A stretch of DNA of 64,000 bases from contig CAWJMB010000002.1 in NCBI GenBank assembly GCA_963843845.1, positions 2,560,001 through 2,624,000 on the forward strand. The letters run 5' to 3'. The translations under genes were made by a program, and so were the position numbers. This DNA is from an uncultured Gemmatimonadaceae bacterium (GTDB lineage: Bacteria > Gemmatimonadota > Gemmatimonadetes > Gemmatimonadales > Gemmatimonadaceae). Shown here piece after piece: positions 24,291 to 38,339 of this stretch; within the stretch, counting starts at the first letter, position 1; each line of letters starts with the position of its first letter. The notes beneath the pieces are model-generated. The model was not told where the DNA came from, did no database searches, and worked only from the letters and a program-made list of their open reading frames with translations.

Positions 24291-26458
24291 CTACCACCGC
24301 GCCGAGTGTTCACTCGTTCTCGTCAGGGCCTCGTCGTTCGGCACCTCGACCGGCAGCGCGTGCACCTGCCCCCACGGGTCACGCTGGAGCGTGCGGTGCG
24401 TCGCCCGCGCGGGCTCTCCGGGCGCCGGGATTCGCTGCGCGTAGCGCCCGTCCGACGCGAGGTCCCACGCCTGGCGGTTGTCCGCGAGGCACGTGTCGAG
24501 GAGCGAGCGGAGGGGCGCGTGGAGCGACGGGTCCTCGACCGGCACCATCGCCTCGACGCGCCGGTCGAAGTTCCGTGGCATCCAGTCCGCCGAGCCGATG
24601 TAGTACTCCGAGTGCTCGCCGTTCGCGAAGTAGAAGACGCGCGAGTGCTCGAGGAAGCGCCCGACGATGCTCGTCACGCGGATGCGCTCGCTGACCTCGG
24701 CTACCTGCGGCCGCAGACAGCAGATGCCGCGCACGATGAGGTCGATCTCGACCCCGGCCTGCGACGCGGAGTAGAGCGCCGCGATCGTCTCGGGGTCGAC
24801 GAGCGCGTTCATCTTCGCGATGATGCGCGCCGCGGCGCCCCGCGCGCGGCGTGCGCCGCCTCGCGTTCGATGAGCCCGATCAGTCGCGAGCGCATGTTCA
24901 CCGGCGCGACGAGCAGCTTGCGGTACAACCGCTGCCGCGAGAAGCCGGTGAGCGAATTGAACAGGTCGGACAGGTCGGCTCCGACGCTGGGGTTCGCGGT
25001 GAACAGCCCGATGTCGGTGTAGAGCCGCGCCGTCTTCGAGTTGTAGTTCCCGGTCCCGATGTGGACGTAGCGCCGCACCACGCCGTCCGGATCGCGCCGC
25101 ACGACGAGCGCGGTCTTGCAGTGCGTCTTGAGCCCCGCGCAGGCCGTACGCCACGTGAACGCCGTACCGCTCGAGCGTGCGCGCCCAGTTGATGTTGTTC
25201 ACCTCGTCGAAGCGCGCCTGCAGCTCGACGAGCACCGCAACCTGCTTCCCCGCCTGCGCCGCGTCGGCGAGCGCGCGCACGACTTCGGTGTCACCGGACG
25301 TGCGATAGAGCGTCAACTTGATCGCGATGACGTGATCGTCCTCGGCCGCCTCCTCGATGAACCGCTCGACGGTCGCGTCGAACGAGTGGAAGGGGTGGTG
25401 CACGAGCAGATCACGCTCGCGGATGACGTCGAAGATCGAGCGCCCCGCCTCGCGCAGGACGCCGGGAACGATCGGCGTGAACGGCGGGTCCTTCAGCTCC
25501 GGCAGCTCGAGCCCGACGAGCGCCATCAGGTCGCCCAGCTCGAGCAGGCGGCCCCCCTCGTGCACGTCGTCTTCCGTGAGCGCGCTCACCGACTGCGTCT
25601 CGACGTCGTTCAGCTCCTGGAGCAGCAGCCTCCGGAGCGCCGCGGGCATGCCGCCCTGCACCTCGAGTCGCACGACTTCGCCGAACCGCCTGCGGAACAC
25701 CTGCTGCTCGACCTGGTCGAGCAGATCGTCCACCTGGTCGATCTGTCCGAGGTCGAGGTCCGAGTAGCGCGTGATGCGGAAGGCGAACCAGCGCAGCACC
25801 TCCATCCCCGAAAAGAGCGCCGGCAGGTTCGCGCCGATGACCTCTTCCAGCGGGACGAACACGTTCGGCACGCCGGTCGGCACCCAGCGCGGCAGCGAGC
25901 GGGGCACCTTCACGCGCGCGAAGTGCTCGGTTCGCCCCCGCTCGCCGGATCGCGCAGCTCGACGGCGAGCGAGAGCGACAGGTTCGAGATGTACGGAAAC
26001 GGATGCCCGGGATCGACGGCGAGCGGCGTCAGCACCGGAAAGACCTGCGACTCGAAGAACTCGTCGACGGTCATCCACTCGGGCGGGGTCAGCTCCGCCA
26101 TCCGCTTGAGCACGACGCCGTGGCCGGCCAAGCGCGGGGAGCAGCTCGCGATCGAGACACTCGTTGCGCACGCGCGAGCAGCTCGGTCACGCGCCGGCGG
26201 ATCGCCGCGAGCTGCTCGGCCGGTGTGAGGCCGTCCGGCGGATACTGCGCCGCACCCTGCGCCGCCTTTCGCCGCAGGCCGGCGACGCGAACCATGAAGA
26301 ACTCGTCGAGGTTCGTGCTGAAGATCGCTGAGGAACTTGACTCGCTCGAGCAGCCGCGTGCGGCTGTCGGTCGCCTCGTGCAGCACGCGTGCGTTGAACT
26401 CGAGCCAGCTCAGCTCGCGATTGATGAACAGCGCGGTCGGCGGAAGGCGGCTACTCAC
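24291..26458 (-). CDS. ppk1: Polyphosphate kinase 1; several frameshifts
   Basis: [72 protein letters not shown]. Confidence 0.93.
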
Positions 26459-26468
26459 GACAGAGATC

Positions 26469-27528
26469 CTAGCAAACGGAATGGCACCACCGCGCGCAGA
26501 ATCCAGAACGCGAGCGCCGCCATGAACGCCGACGCGGGGATCGTGAGCACCCACGCCCAGACGATACGCCCGGCGAGCCCCCACCGCACCGCCGATCAGC
26601 CGGTTCGTCGCCCCGACCCCGACGATCGAGCCCGTGATCGTGTGCGTCGTGCTGACCGGAATCCCGAAGCGCGAGGCCACGAGGATGACGATCCCGCCGC
26701 CGGTCTCGGCGCAGAAGCCGCCGACCGGGCGCAGCCTGGTGATCCGTGAGCCCATCGTGTGGACGATGCGCCACCCGCCGAACAGCGTGCCCAACGAGAT
26801 GGCGAGATAGGCGAGCGCCTCCACCCAGAGCGGCGGCGTGACGTCCGGGCGCGCGATGTAGAAGTTGCTCAGGATCCCCGTTCGCCCGGCGAAGGCCGCC
26901 TGCACCGGACCCGAGGCGAGCAGCCCGACGATGATGCCCATCGTCTTCTGCGCGTCGTTGCTGCCGTGCGCGAGCGAGAGCAGCGCGGAGCTGACGAGCT
27001 GGCCGCGCCGGAAGACGCGGTCGACCTTGGCCGGCGTGGATCGCTGGAACACGTTGAACACGAGCAGCATGAGCAGAAAGCCCATGAGCGCGCCGAGCAG
27101 CGGCGAGGCGACGATCGCGCTCAGCGTCTGCGATCCACTTGCTCCCGAAGGTGATCGCCGTCGAGCCCCGCCTTCGCGAGCGCCGCGCCGGCGAGTCCGC
27201 CGATGAGCGCGTGCGAAGAGCTCGACGGAATGCCGTAGTACCAGGTGATGAGGTTCCAGACGATCGCGCCGAGCAGCGCGGCGAAGATCAGGTTCGGCTC
27301 GACGATCTGGAGCGTCGATGAACCCGGTCGCGATGGCCTTCGCGACGGCCGTCCTCGACGAAGAACAGCGCCGAGAAGTTGAACACGGCGGCCCACACGA
27401 CAGCCGCGAGCGGGACTCAGCACCCGGGTTCCGACGATCGTCGCGATCGAGTTCGCGGAGTCATGGAAGCCGTTGATGAAGTCGAAGATGAACGCGACGA
27501 AGACGATCGCCAGGACGTAGGTGACCAC
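26469..27528 (-). CDS. pit: PiT family inorganic phosphate transporter; frameshifts
   Basis: NGFHDSANSIAT, GIPSSSSHALIGG, HGSNDAQKTMG, GIPVSTTH. Confidence 0.9.
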
Positions 27529-27539
27529 GGCCGGCGAGC

Positions 27540-28155
27540 CTAACTGTTCTTGAGCGAGATGCTCTCCAGCACGTTCGACACGTCCTCGCACTCGTCCATC
27601 GCGTCCTCGAGCTTGTCGTACAGCTCCTTCCACTTGATGACGTCGAGCGTGTTCGGCGTGCCGTCGAAGAGCGCGCCGACGGCCTCGTGGTAGATGCGCG
27701 TCCCCTTCCTCCTCGAGCGCCTTGATCTTCCGGCCGTAGCTCGGCGACCTGCGCGCGGGTGCTTGATGTCGCCGCACCGCCTCCTCGATGCACCCGCCGG
27801 CGCGCACGAGCACGTCGCTCAGGCGCAGCGCCGCCTCGCGCGTCTCGGTGATGCGGAACATGCGCGCGCGTCGCGCGGTGCCGTCGATCAGGTCGACGAC
27901 GTTGTCGAGACGGTTCGCGAGGAGGTGAATGTCCTCGCGGTCGAGCGGCGTCACGAAGCTGGTGTCGATCCGCTTGTTGACCTGATGCACCAGGTCGTCG
28001 GCTTCGTGCTCGACGTCCTTGATCTTCGCCTCGAACTCGGCGAGACGCTCCGGGTGGGTGAAGAGCTGGTGCAGCAGCTTCGCGGAGCCGGTGATGCGTT
28101 GCGCGAGCTGCGCGAACATCTCGAAGAAGCGTTCGTCGCGAGGTATCAGACGCAC
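27540..28155 (-). CDS. DUF47/PhoU-like Pit accessory protein; frameshifts
   Basis: IKDVEHEAD, FVTPLDREDI, LEEEGD. Directly upstream of pit. Confidence 0.87.
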
Positions 28156-28235
28156 GAAGGGAGCTCTCCCGGGGGATTGATTCGGTCAGGTGCCTGAAAT
28201 CACATCGCGCCGCCGACGAGCAGCACGCCGCGCGG

Positions 28236-28253
28236 CGTAACGATTCTGAAACG
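28236..28253 (-). promoter_or_regulatory. Possible PhoB box
   Basis: CGTTTCA-GAAT-CGTTACG direct repeat with 11-bp periodicity upstream of DUF47-pit-ppk1. Confidence 0.35.
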
Positions 28254-28269
28254 GCGGGAATCTACGCTC

Positions 28270-29035
28270 CTACAACTCCCAGCCGGCCGCCGCGTCGCCC
28301 ACGGCGACGCGCTCGCGGACCTGCGACCGGTCCTCGAACAGCTTCACGAGCACCACACCGGCGACGAATCCGCCGACGTGCGCCCACACCGCCACGCCGC
28401 CCGAGACCTCGCGCCGGAGCGACATGAGTTGCGGCAGCCCGGCGAGCAGTTGCTCGCCGAACCAGAAGACCAGCACGAACCACGCGGGAACGTGGAACAG
28501 GAAGATCGGCGGGAAGTACGTCCGCACGCGCACGCGCGGATAGAGCACGAGGTAGCCGCCGAGCACACCGGAGATCGCGCCCGAGGCGCCGACCGTCGGG
28601 ACCGGCGAGCCGCCGTTCAGCAGCACGTGCGTGGCCGCCGCCGCGAGCCCGCAGAGCAGGTAGAAGGCGAGGAAGCGGCACGCGCCCATGCTGTCCTCGA
28701 CGTTGTTGCCGAACACCCAGAGGTAGAGCGAGTTGCCGAGCAGGTGCCCCCAGCCGCCGTGCAGAAACATCGACGTCAGCGGCGTGAGCGGGTTGATCGG
28801 CTCGTTGTCGATGACGCACGCCAGGTCCTGGCCGATCGGAATCGCCGAACCCCACCGGCGCCGGTGCGTCAGCTCGCCGGGCACCATCCCGTAGTTGCAC
28901 ACGCTCGCCGCGAGCCTGCTGCGGGTTCGCCCCCGCGCCCTGCACGAGCACCCACATCCCGACGAGCGCGGCGAGCAGCACGTAGGTCATCACCGGCGTG
29001 CGGAGCGTCGGATTGTCGTCGCTGATCGGGATCAT
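28270..29035 (-). CDS. Rhomboid intramembrane serine protease; frameshifts near the 5' end
   Basis: MIPISDDNPT, SMFLHGGWGHLLGN, VGASGAISG, WAHVGG. Confidence 0.9.
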
Positions 29036-29120
29036 GTCACGAGTTCGGGTAGGCAGGGCGCAGCTGCACGGGTGCGCCGAGCTGCCACGACGTCGGCCGC
29101 TCTCACGGATCGCGCATGCA

Positions 29121-29135
29121 CTGCCGGAGTGGCAG
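29121..29135. promoter_or_regulatory. Inverted repeat upstream of dnaK; candidate operator
   Basis: CTGCC-GGAGT-GGCAG. It is not a CIRCE element. Confidence 0.3.
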
Positions 29136-29210
29136 CAAAATCAGGCGCCCTACCGCTTGCCTTTGCTACGCGGCCAGTCGAAACGACTCGGCGCTCTACT
29201 CATCACATAG

Positions 29211-31169
<1,959 letters not shown>

Positions 31170-31263
31170 GCCGGTGCACTGACGGTCGAGTAGATTCGAG
31201 GCGTCGGGGCGTTGCTCCGGCGGCCTCGAGCGTCGTTCGCACCGGGCCATCGGAATCCTGACC

Positions 31264-32812
31264 ATGTCCGCGAGCATCCCACTCGTGTGCGCGTCGGCGC
31301 GGCCATCGTCGCCGCGTTCGTCGGCGGGCTGTTCGTCGCCTCGGCGATCGACTTCACGCGCTCGAGCTACGCGCAGACGGGCACGCGCGTCGCGTCGCGG
31401 GCCGCTGCCGGAGGGCGACGTCCGCAACGGCTTCGCGTGCGATCGCCGAGCGCGTGACGCCGGCCGTCGTGTCGATCCAGACGGAGCGCGACCCGCGCGG
31501 CACCGCGCGCAGTCGCGCGGACGCGGGCGCCCCGGGTTCGAGGATTTGTTCCGTCAGTTCGATCCCGAGCGCGGCGAGCCGGTGCAGGCGGACGGCTCCG
31601 GCTTCGTCGTCTCGAAGGACGGCTACATCCTCACGAACAACCACGTCGTCGGCGACGCCGATCGGGTGACGGTCGACGCTCACCGACCACCGCGTGTTCA
31701 CCGCGCGCGTCGTCGGCGGCGACGCGACGACCGACGTCGCCGTCATCAAGATCGAGGGGCGCGACTTCCCCGTCGCGGCGCTCGGCGAGGACACACTGAC
31801 CCGGGTCGGCGACTGGGTCGTCGCGATCGGCAATCCGTTCGGCCTCGACTTCACCGTCACGGCGGGAATCGTGAGCGCGAAGGGGCGGAGTGCGAACGAT
31901 CTCCCCGGCCTGAACGGCAGCACGTACGCGATCTCCGACTTCATCCAGACCGACGCCGCGATCAACCCGGGAAACTCGGGGGGGCCGCTCGTGAACGCAC
32001 GCGGCGAAGTCATCGGCATCAACAGCGCGATCGCGAGCCGCACCGGTTTCTACTCCGGCTACGGGTTCGCCATTCCCATCTCGCTCGCCCGCGGGGTGAT
32101 GGACGATCTCATCAAGCACGGCCGCGTGCGCGCCCCGGTCCTCGGAGTGTCCATCCAGGACGCGACCCCCGAGGACGCGACGGTGGCGGGGTTGCAGCGG
32201 ATCGCGGGCGCGACGGTGCACGCGTTCACCCCACCCGAGGGGAGCCCGGCCGAGGCAGCAGGGATCGAGGCCGGCGACGTCATCGTCGGCGCGGACGGGC
32301 GGGCGGTCGACCGGGTCAGCACGCTCCAGCGCATCGTGCGCGGCCGCGAGCCCGGCGAGACGATCGCGATCGACGTGATGCGCTATGGCAAGCGACAGAC
32401 GTTCCGCGTGCGGCTCGGCGAGCGGGAGGACGCGCCGACGGTGGCGAGCGTGGCCGCGCCGACGCGCCCCGAGCCGCCTGCGGAGGGTCGCAGTGCCCCG
32501 CTGGGCATCACCGTGCTCCCGGTCGACTCGACGTTCACGCGAGACGCGAACCTGGAGCCGGGCGAGCGCGGATTGCGCGTCGTCGCGATCAGCGCCGCGA
32601 GTCCGGCGCGCTCGCAGCTCACGCCCGGGTTCGACGTGCTGACCGACCTGGTGTATCCGACGAAGCGCAGGCTGCGCACGATCGCCGACCTCACGGCGGC
32701 CCTCGCGGCGCTGCGACCGGGCGACGTCGTCAGCCTGCGCGTCTACGGCACACGCGAGCCGCTCATCGGGGCACGCGTCGTGAACCTGCGGCTGGTCGAG
32801 GGCGCGCGTTAG
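31264..32812 (+). CDS. degP: DegP/HtrA serine protease with PDZ domains; 5' frameshifts
   Basis: [34 protein letters not shown] and two PDZ-like domains. Confidence 0.9.
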
Positions 32813-32823
32813 CTTCCGGGTGC

Positions 32824-32905
32824 GCTCGGGTGGCGGAATTGGTAGACGCGTCGGTCTTAGGAGCCGGTGCCGCAAGGCGTGCGGGTTCGAGTCCCGCCTC
32901 GAGCA
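32824..32905 (+). tRNA. tRNA-Leu (TAG)
   Basis: Acceptor stem GCTCGGG/CTCGAGC, D-loop GGAATTGGTAGAC, anticodon loop CTTAGGA, long variable arm and TTCGA T-loop. CCA is not encoded. Confidence 0.95.
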
Positions 32906-33010
32906 TGCAGCGAGTGTCCAGCACGTGGTCTGTGGGTCGGGCGTGGTCGTGGGAACGGGATGGGTGGCGGCGGGCGTTGAGGAGAGCGACATGAGCGATT
33001 GCACGAGCCG

Positions 33011-33997
33011 ATGCAGCACGAGCTGACGACACCGACGCGCGCCGACGCACGGCACTGCGCCGCCGTCGTCCGGGTCCACGCGCGAACGTTCCACGCCGCG
33101 AGTCTGCTCCTCCCGGCGGAGAAGCGGCGCGCGGCATTCGCGCTCTACGCATTCTGCCGCGTCGCGGACGACATCGTCGACACGGGCGAGCAGGATCCGG
33201 TCGACGCGCGGCGGCGGCTCGGCGACTACGAACGAGCGCTCGAGGCGATGCTCTCGGGGTGGGCGGACGGGCCGGTCTTTCGCGAGCTGGCATGGGCGGT
33301 GCGCCGCTACCACGTGCCACATCAGTCGCTGCGCGAGCTGCTCGCCGGCGTCGCGCTCGACCTCGACCCGGCGTCGTACGCGTCGTGGGGCGCGCTCGCG
33401 AGCTACTGCGAGGGCGTCGCGAGCTCGGTCGGCGAGATGTGCACGCACGTGTTCGGCGTCGTCGGCGGACACGACACGCGCGCGAGCGCCGTGCGCTACG
33501 CCCGCGTGCTCGGCGCCGCGATGCAGCTGACGAACATCCTGCGCGACGTCGGCGAGGACGCGCGGCGCGGGCGGTGCTACCTCCCGGCCGACGACCTCGC
33601 CGCGTTCGGCCTCACTCCGAACGACGTGCTCCACCGCGCGGACCTCGCGCGCGACGAGCGGTGGCGTCCGTTCGTCGCGTTCGAGATCGGACGCGCGCGC
33701 GCCTTGTACGAGGCGGCACGCCCGGGGCTCGCCCTGCTGGCCCCCGACTCGGCGCGCTGCGCCACCGCCTGCGCCGACGGCTATGCCGGCATCCTCGACG
33801 CCATCGAGGCGATCGGGTACGACACCATCTCGACGCGCGCCCGCCTCGGCGTGAGCGCGCGGCTCGGGGTGCTCTGGCGCGCCTGGCGCGGCGGCAGCCG
33901 CATGCCGATCGGGCCGTTCCCGGGCGACGATCCGCTCACGCTGCTCGGCGATGATGCCGCGTCGCGCGGACGCGCCGAGCTTCCAAATCCTGCATGA
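33011..33997 (+). CDS. crtB: Phytoene synthase
   Basis: LYAFCRVADDIVD, YCEGVASSVG, QLTNILRDVGED, GRCYLP. Confidence 0.92.
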   Translation: MQHELTTPTRADARHCAAVVRVHARTFHAASLLLPAEKRRAAFALYAFCRVADDIVDTGEQDPVDARRRLGDYERALEAMLSGWADGPVFRELAWAVRRYHVPHQSLRELLAGVALDLDPASYASWGALASYCEGVASSVGEMCTHVFGVVGGHDTRASAVRYARVLGAAMQLTNILRDVGEDARRGRCYLPADDLAAFGLTPNDVLHRADLARDERWRPFVAFEIGRARALYEAARPGLALLAPDSARCATACADGYAGILDAIEAIGYDTISTRARLGVSARLGVLWRAWRGGSRMPIGPFPGDDPLTLLGDDAASRGRAELPNPA

Positions 33998-34923
33998 CGA
34001 CTCGAGCCGAGCGCCTCGCGCGCATCGCGACCGGCTGCCTCATCGGGCACGCCGCCCTGTCCACCTTCTCCGCGATCGCGTTTGCGACGTTCCTGAGCGG
34101 CCCGCCGCCGGCGTGGCTGCAGTCGCCGGCGAATCAACGGATGCTCGTCATCGGGTGGACGTTCGGCCCCGCCACCACGGTGGTGCTGGGCGCGCTTGCG
34201 GGCGTGCTGCACGCGGCGTCCCGCTTCGGGACGCGCCGCGCGGCGACGCTCGCAGTCGTCGCGTTCGGCGTCGCACTGACGGCGGAGCTGACGGGCACCG
34301 CGACTGGCTATCCGTTCGGCCCCTACAGCTATACGCCGCTGCTCGGGTACCGCATCGGCGGGCTCGTGCCGTTCAACATCCCGACGTCCTGGTTCTACAT
34401 GCTGTACTGCTCGCTCGCGATCACGGGGCGGTTGCTCACTACGCGGAAGGCGTGGACGTGGGCGCTCGTGGGCGGGCTCGTCCTGACGGCGTGGGACGTG
34501 TCGATGGACCCGGCGATGGTGAAGACCGGGCACTGGCTCTGGCACCTCGACGCGACCGCGCCCGACGTGCTGCACCGCGTGTTCGTGAGCGACGCGTTCT
34601 ACGGGATGCCGCTCTCCAACTGGCTCGGCTGGCTCCTCACGGGCGTCATCATCGCGCGGCTGATGGTCGCGATCGTGAAGCCCGCCGAGTGGGTGCGCGA
34701 TGCGTCGCCGAGCCGTTTTCCGCTCGCGCTGTACGCGGTGAACGGCGTGCTGCCGCTGACCATCTGTGCGCGCACCGGGATGTGGTGGGCGTTCGGCTTC
34801 GGCCTGCTCGCGATGGCGACGCCGCTGGCGCTCGCGGTGCGCCGCGCGCCGCGCACGGTCCCCGACGCCCGCCCCGACGAGCGCTCACTCGGCCGCATGC
34901 CGGAGCCGATCCCGACGCGATGA
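33994..34923 (+). CDS. cruF: Carotenoid biosynthesis membrane protein (CruF-like 1,2-hydratase)
   Basis: AELTG..TGYPFGPYSYT..LG, VP..IP.SW, TAWDVSMDP, GMPLSNWLGW. Lies between crtB and crtI. Confidence 0.78.
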   Translation: MTTRAERLARIATGCLIGHAALSTFSAIAFATFLSGPPPAWLQSPANQRMLVIGWTFGPATTVVLGALAGVLHAASRFGTRRAATLAVVAFGVALTAELTGTATGYPFGPYSYTPLLGYRIGGLVPFNIPTSWFYMLYCSLAITGRLLTTRKAWTWALVGGLVLTAWDVSMDPAMVKTGHWLWHLDATAPDVLHRVFVSDAFYGMPLSNWLGWLLTGVIIARLMVAIVKPAEWVRDASPSRFPLALYAVNGVLPLTICARTGMWWAFGFGLLAMATPLALAVRRAPRTVPDARPDERSLGRMPEPIPTR

Positions 34924-36379
34924 AGATCGTCGTCATCGGCGCCGGCTTCGGAGGCCTGGCGGCGGCGATCCGACTACGGGCGCAGGGGCACGAGGTCACG
35001 ATCGTCGAGCAGCGCGACAAGCCCGGCGGGCGGGCGTACGTCTACGAGCAGAACGGTTTCACGTTCGACGGCGGCCCCACGATCATCACGGCGCCCTGGC
35101 TCATCCGGGACCTCTTCACGCTCTGCGGGCGCGACCACGCGGACTACGTGCGCCTCGTCCCGGTCGATCCGTACTACAACATCCGGTTCACCGACGGCTC
35201 GGTCTTTCGCTACGACGGGAATCGCGAGCACGTCCGAGACGAAGTGCGCCGCTTCAATCCGGACGACGTCGACGGATACGAGCGCTTCTACCGGGACAGC
35301 GCCGGAATCTTCGAGACCGGCTTCGGGCTGATCGACAAGCCGTTTCTGCACCTCACCGACATGGCGAAGGTGCTCCCCGATCTCGTGCGCCTGCGCGCGG
35401 ATCGCAGCGTCGCGTCGTACGTGAGCCGCTACATCAAGGACGAGCGGCTGCGGCAGGTGTTCAGCTTCCACCCGCTGCTCGTCGGCGGCAATCCGTTCGC
35501 GACGACGTCGATCTACACGCTGATCCACCGCCTCGAGCAGGAGTGGGGCGTGTGGTTCGCGATGGGCGGCACGGGGGCGCTCGTGCGCGCCCTCGTCTCG
35601 TTGTTCGAGGACATCGGGGGCACTCTGCGGCTGTCGACGCCGGTCGCGGAGATCGTCGTGAACGATCGGCGCGTCGCGACGGGGGTGCGCCTCACGACGG
35701 GCGAGGTCCTCGCCGCCGACGCCGTCGTGAGCAATGCCGACGTCGCCTGGACGTACCTGAACCTCGTGCCGAAGCAGGCTCGTCGCGTCAACACCGACCG
35801 CCGCATCAAGAAGATGCGCTATTCGATGTCGCTGTTCGTGATCTACTTCGGCACGAACCGCCGCTACGACGACATCGCGCACCACGAGATCCTCATGGGC
35901 CCGCGCTACGAGGGGCTGCTCGACGACATCTTCCGCACGAAGCGGCTGGCCGAGGACTTCTCGCTCTATCTGCACCGCCCGACTGCGACCGATCCGAGCC
36001 TGGCGCCGCCGGGGTGCGACGCGTGGTACGTCCTCTCCCCGTCCCGCACCTCGGCGGCGACACGGACTGGGCGACCGCGGCGCCGCGGTACCGTGACGCG
36101 ATCATGGGGCACCTCGAGCGACACTACCTCCCCGACCTCTCGAAGCACCTCGTCGCCGAGCACCGCATCGACCCGCTGCACTTCGAGGGTACGCTGTCGA
36201 GCTACCTCGGCTCCGCGTTCTCGGTGGAACCGATTCTCACGCAGAGCGCCTGGATGCGCCCGCACAACCGGAGCGAGGATGTCGCGAACCTCTACTTCGC
36301 CGGTGCCGGCACGCACCCGGGCGCCGGGCTCCCCGGCGTGCTCAGCTCGGGGAAGATCGTCGCCGATCTCATCGGCTAG
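34920..36379 (+). CDS. crtI: Phytoene desaturase; frameshift near 36040
   Basis: VIGAGFGGL, FTFDGGPT, HPLLVGGNPF, LYFAGAGTHPGAGLPGV. Confidence 0.93.
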
Positions 36380-36960
36380 AACACGAATCCGATCAGGAAC
36401 CGCCCGTCCGGCCAGACCTGCTCGAGCGGGTCGCCGCTCTTCACATCCTTGAGGATCCGCTTCGCGCCGCCGCCGAGTCCCACACGGAACCGCTCGGTGC
36501 GGCCGAGCAACCAGTCGTAGGTGACCATGACTCCGAGCGTGGGCGACGTCTGGCGGCGGCGCTTGGAGCCACACTCGCCGTACGGGTTCGCCGGGTTGTA
36601 GATCACCGCGTCGCAGCTGTACCGATCGCGGCGCGAGGAGTGCACGCCGGCGGTGAGGCCGACCGCGAAGGCACGGAACGGCGTCTCCTGCGGGTAGTAC
36701 ATGGTCTTCGCCTCGGCCCACGTGTCGCGGTCCTCGTCGCGCGACCAGTGTGAGCCGCCGACGCCGAGCGTCATGCCGGGAATGCGCAGCGCACCTTCGT
36801 ACTCGAACGAGAAGAGTCCGAATGGAATCACGACCGGGTTCGTCGCGATCGAGAATCGCGGCAGGACCGGCGACGCCGGAGCGGTGGCCTGGGCGGAGGC
36901 GACGGCAGGAAGGGCGAGCGCGACGGCGCACGCGACGAGCGATCGACGAGTGATACGCAT
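36376..36960 (-). CDS. Putative small outer-membrane beta-barrel protein
   Basis: Signal peptide (...AVASA-Q), alternating beta strands and a C-terminal Phe (FLIGFVF). Confidence 0.7.
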   Translation of the reverse strand: MRITRRSLVACAVALALPAVASAQATAPASPVLPRFSIATNPVVIPFGLFSFEYEGALRIPGMTLGVGGSHWSRDEDRDTWAEAKTMYYPQETPFRAFAVGLTAGVHSSRRDRYSCDAVIYNPANPYGECGSKRRRQTSPTLGVMVTYDWLLGRTERFRVGLGGGAKRILKDVKSGDPLEQVWPDGRFLIGFVF

Positions 36961-37056
36961 GCCGATGTGGGGTGTGAGACACGGGGTACCAGCGGGCCGC
37001 GCGGGTCGTACCCGGCGGAACTCGTAGGAGGTCCGGCGTCGGATTAGCTTTCGCGA

Positions 37057-38295
37057 ATGGACATCCAAATCACCCAACGCGAGAGCGCCGGTGTGGAGCG
37101 CCACGTCGACGTCGCGGTTCCGGCCGACGCCGTGCGCGCCGCCGAGGATCGCCTCGCCCGTCGCTATACGTCGCAGGCGCGCCTTCCCGGCTTTCGCCCG
37201 GGCAAGGCGCCCGCGGCGATGGTCCGCAAGCGCTTCGAGAAAGAGATCCGCCAGGATCTGCTGCAAGAGCTCGTGCAGGAGGCGTACAAGCAGGTCATGG
37301 AGCAGCAGCAGGTCGAGCCGATCGCGCAGCCGCACATCCATGACCTCAAGTTCGAGCCGGGCGAGCCGCTGACGTTCACGCTGCACATGGAAGTGCGCCC
37401 GGACGTGAAGCTCGAGCGCCTCGACGGCTTCACCGTGGAGCGTCAGTCGACCGAGGTCACCGACGAGATGGTGCAGGAGCAGCTCGACACGCTCCGGGAC
37501 CAGAAGGCGCTCTGGGCGCCGACCGACGACCGACCGATGAGCGGCGACAAGGTCACGGTCGCGCTCGCGACGGCCGACGCGAGCGGTGCGATGGGCGAGC
37601 CGCAGGACTTTCCACTCGAGCTCGGGAAGGAGCAGGCCATTCCGGGGATCGAGGAGCTGATCATGGAAGGACGGGCCGGGGAGACGGTCGAGCGCCCCGT
37701 GAAGTGGCCCGACGACTTCCCCGACGAAGCGCAGCGCGGCCAGACCAAGACGGTGCGCGTCACGGTGAAGGACGTCAAGCGCAAGACGTCGCCCGACCTC
37801 GACGATGCGTTCGCGCGCGAGGTCGGCGATTTCGACTCGCTCGACGCGCTGCGCGACGCGGTTCGCAAGGATCTCACGGCGCACGTCACGCGCGAGGCCG
37901 AGACCGGGACCCGCTCGCAGCTGCTCGATCAGATCATCGACGCGAATCCGTTCGACGTGCCCCCGAGCTGGGTGCGGCAACTCACGCAGGGATACGCGAA
38001 CGCGTATCAGATCCCGGAACAGGACGTCGAGCGATTCGCGCAGGAGTTCCAGGGGCTCGCGGAGCGCCAGGTGCGACGCGACCTCGTCGTCGAAGCGATC
38101 GCGCTGCAGAACAACCTGAAGGCGACCGAGGCCGACGTCGACGAGCGCATCCAGGCGATGGCGAGCGAGCGCGGCGTCGACCCGGGCCAGCTCTACGCCG
38201 CGCTGCAGAAGCAGAATCGGCTCGGCGAGATCGAGCACCAGATCACCGAGGACCGCGTGTTCGGGTACCTCATGGAGAAGAACCCGGCGCAGTGA
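37057..38295 (+). CDS. tig: Trigger factor
   Basis: [10 protein letters not shown] and an FKBP-like domain. Precedes clpP. Confidence 0.95.
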   Translation: MDIQITQRESAGVERHVDVAVPADAVRAAEDRLARRYTSQARLPGFRPGKAPAAMVRKRFEKEIRQDLLQELVQEAYKQVMEQQQVEPIAQPHIHDLKFEPGEPLTFTLHMEVRPDVKLERLDGFTVERQSTEVTDEMVQEQLDTLRDQKALWAPTDDRPMSGDKVTVALATADASGAMGEPQDFPLELGKEQAIPGIEELIMEGRAGETVERPVKWPDDFPDEAQRGQTKTVRVTVKDVKRKTSPDLDDAFAREVGDFDSLDALRDAVRKDLTAHVTREAETGTRSQLLDQIIDANPFDVPPSWVRQLTQGYANAYQIPEQDVERFAQEFQGLAERQVRRDLVVEAIALQNNLKATEADVDERIQAMASERGVDPGQLYAALQKQNRLGEIEHQITEDRVFGYLMEKNPAQ

Positions 38296-38339
38296 GGCCC
38301 CACGTGCCTGACGCGACGGTTCTCGAAGACGACGAGCCC

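Noticed and set aside
37001..37016. Possible attR remnant of tRNA-Leu (GCGGGTCGTACCCGGC)
   Set aside because: Similarity to the tRNA T-arm is short and gapped, and there is no integrase. A chance match is likely at this GC content.
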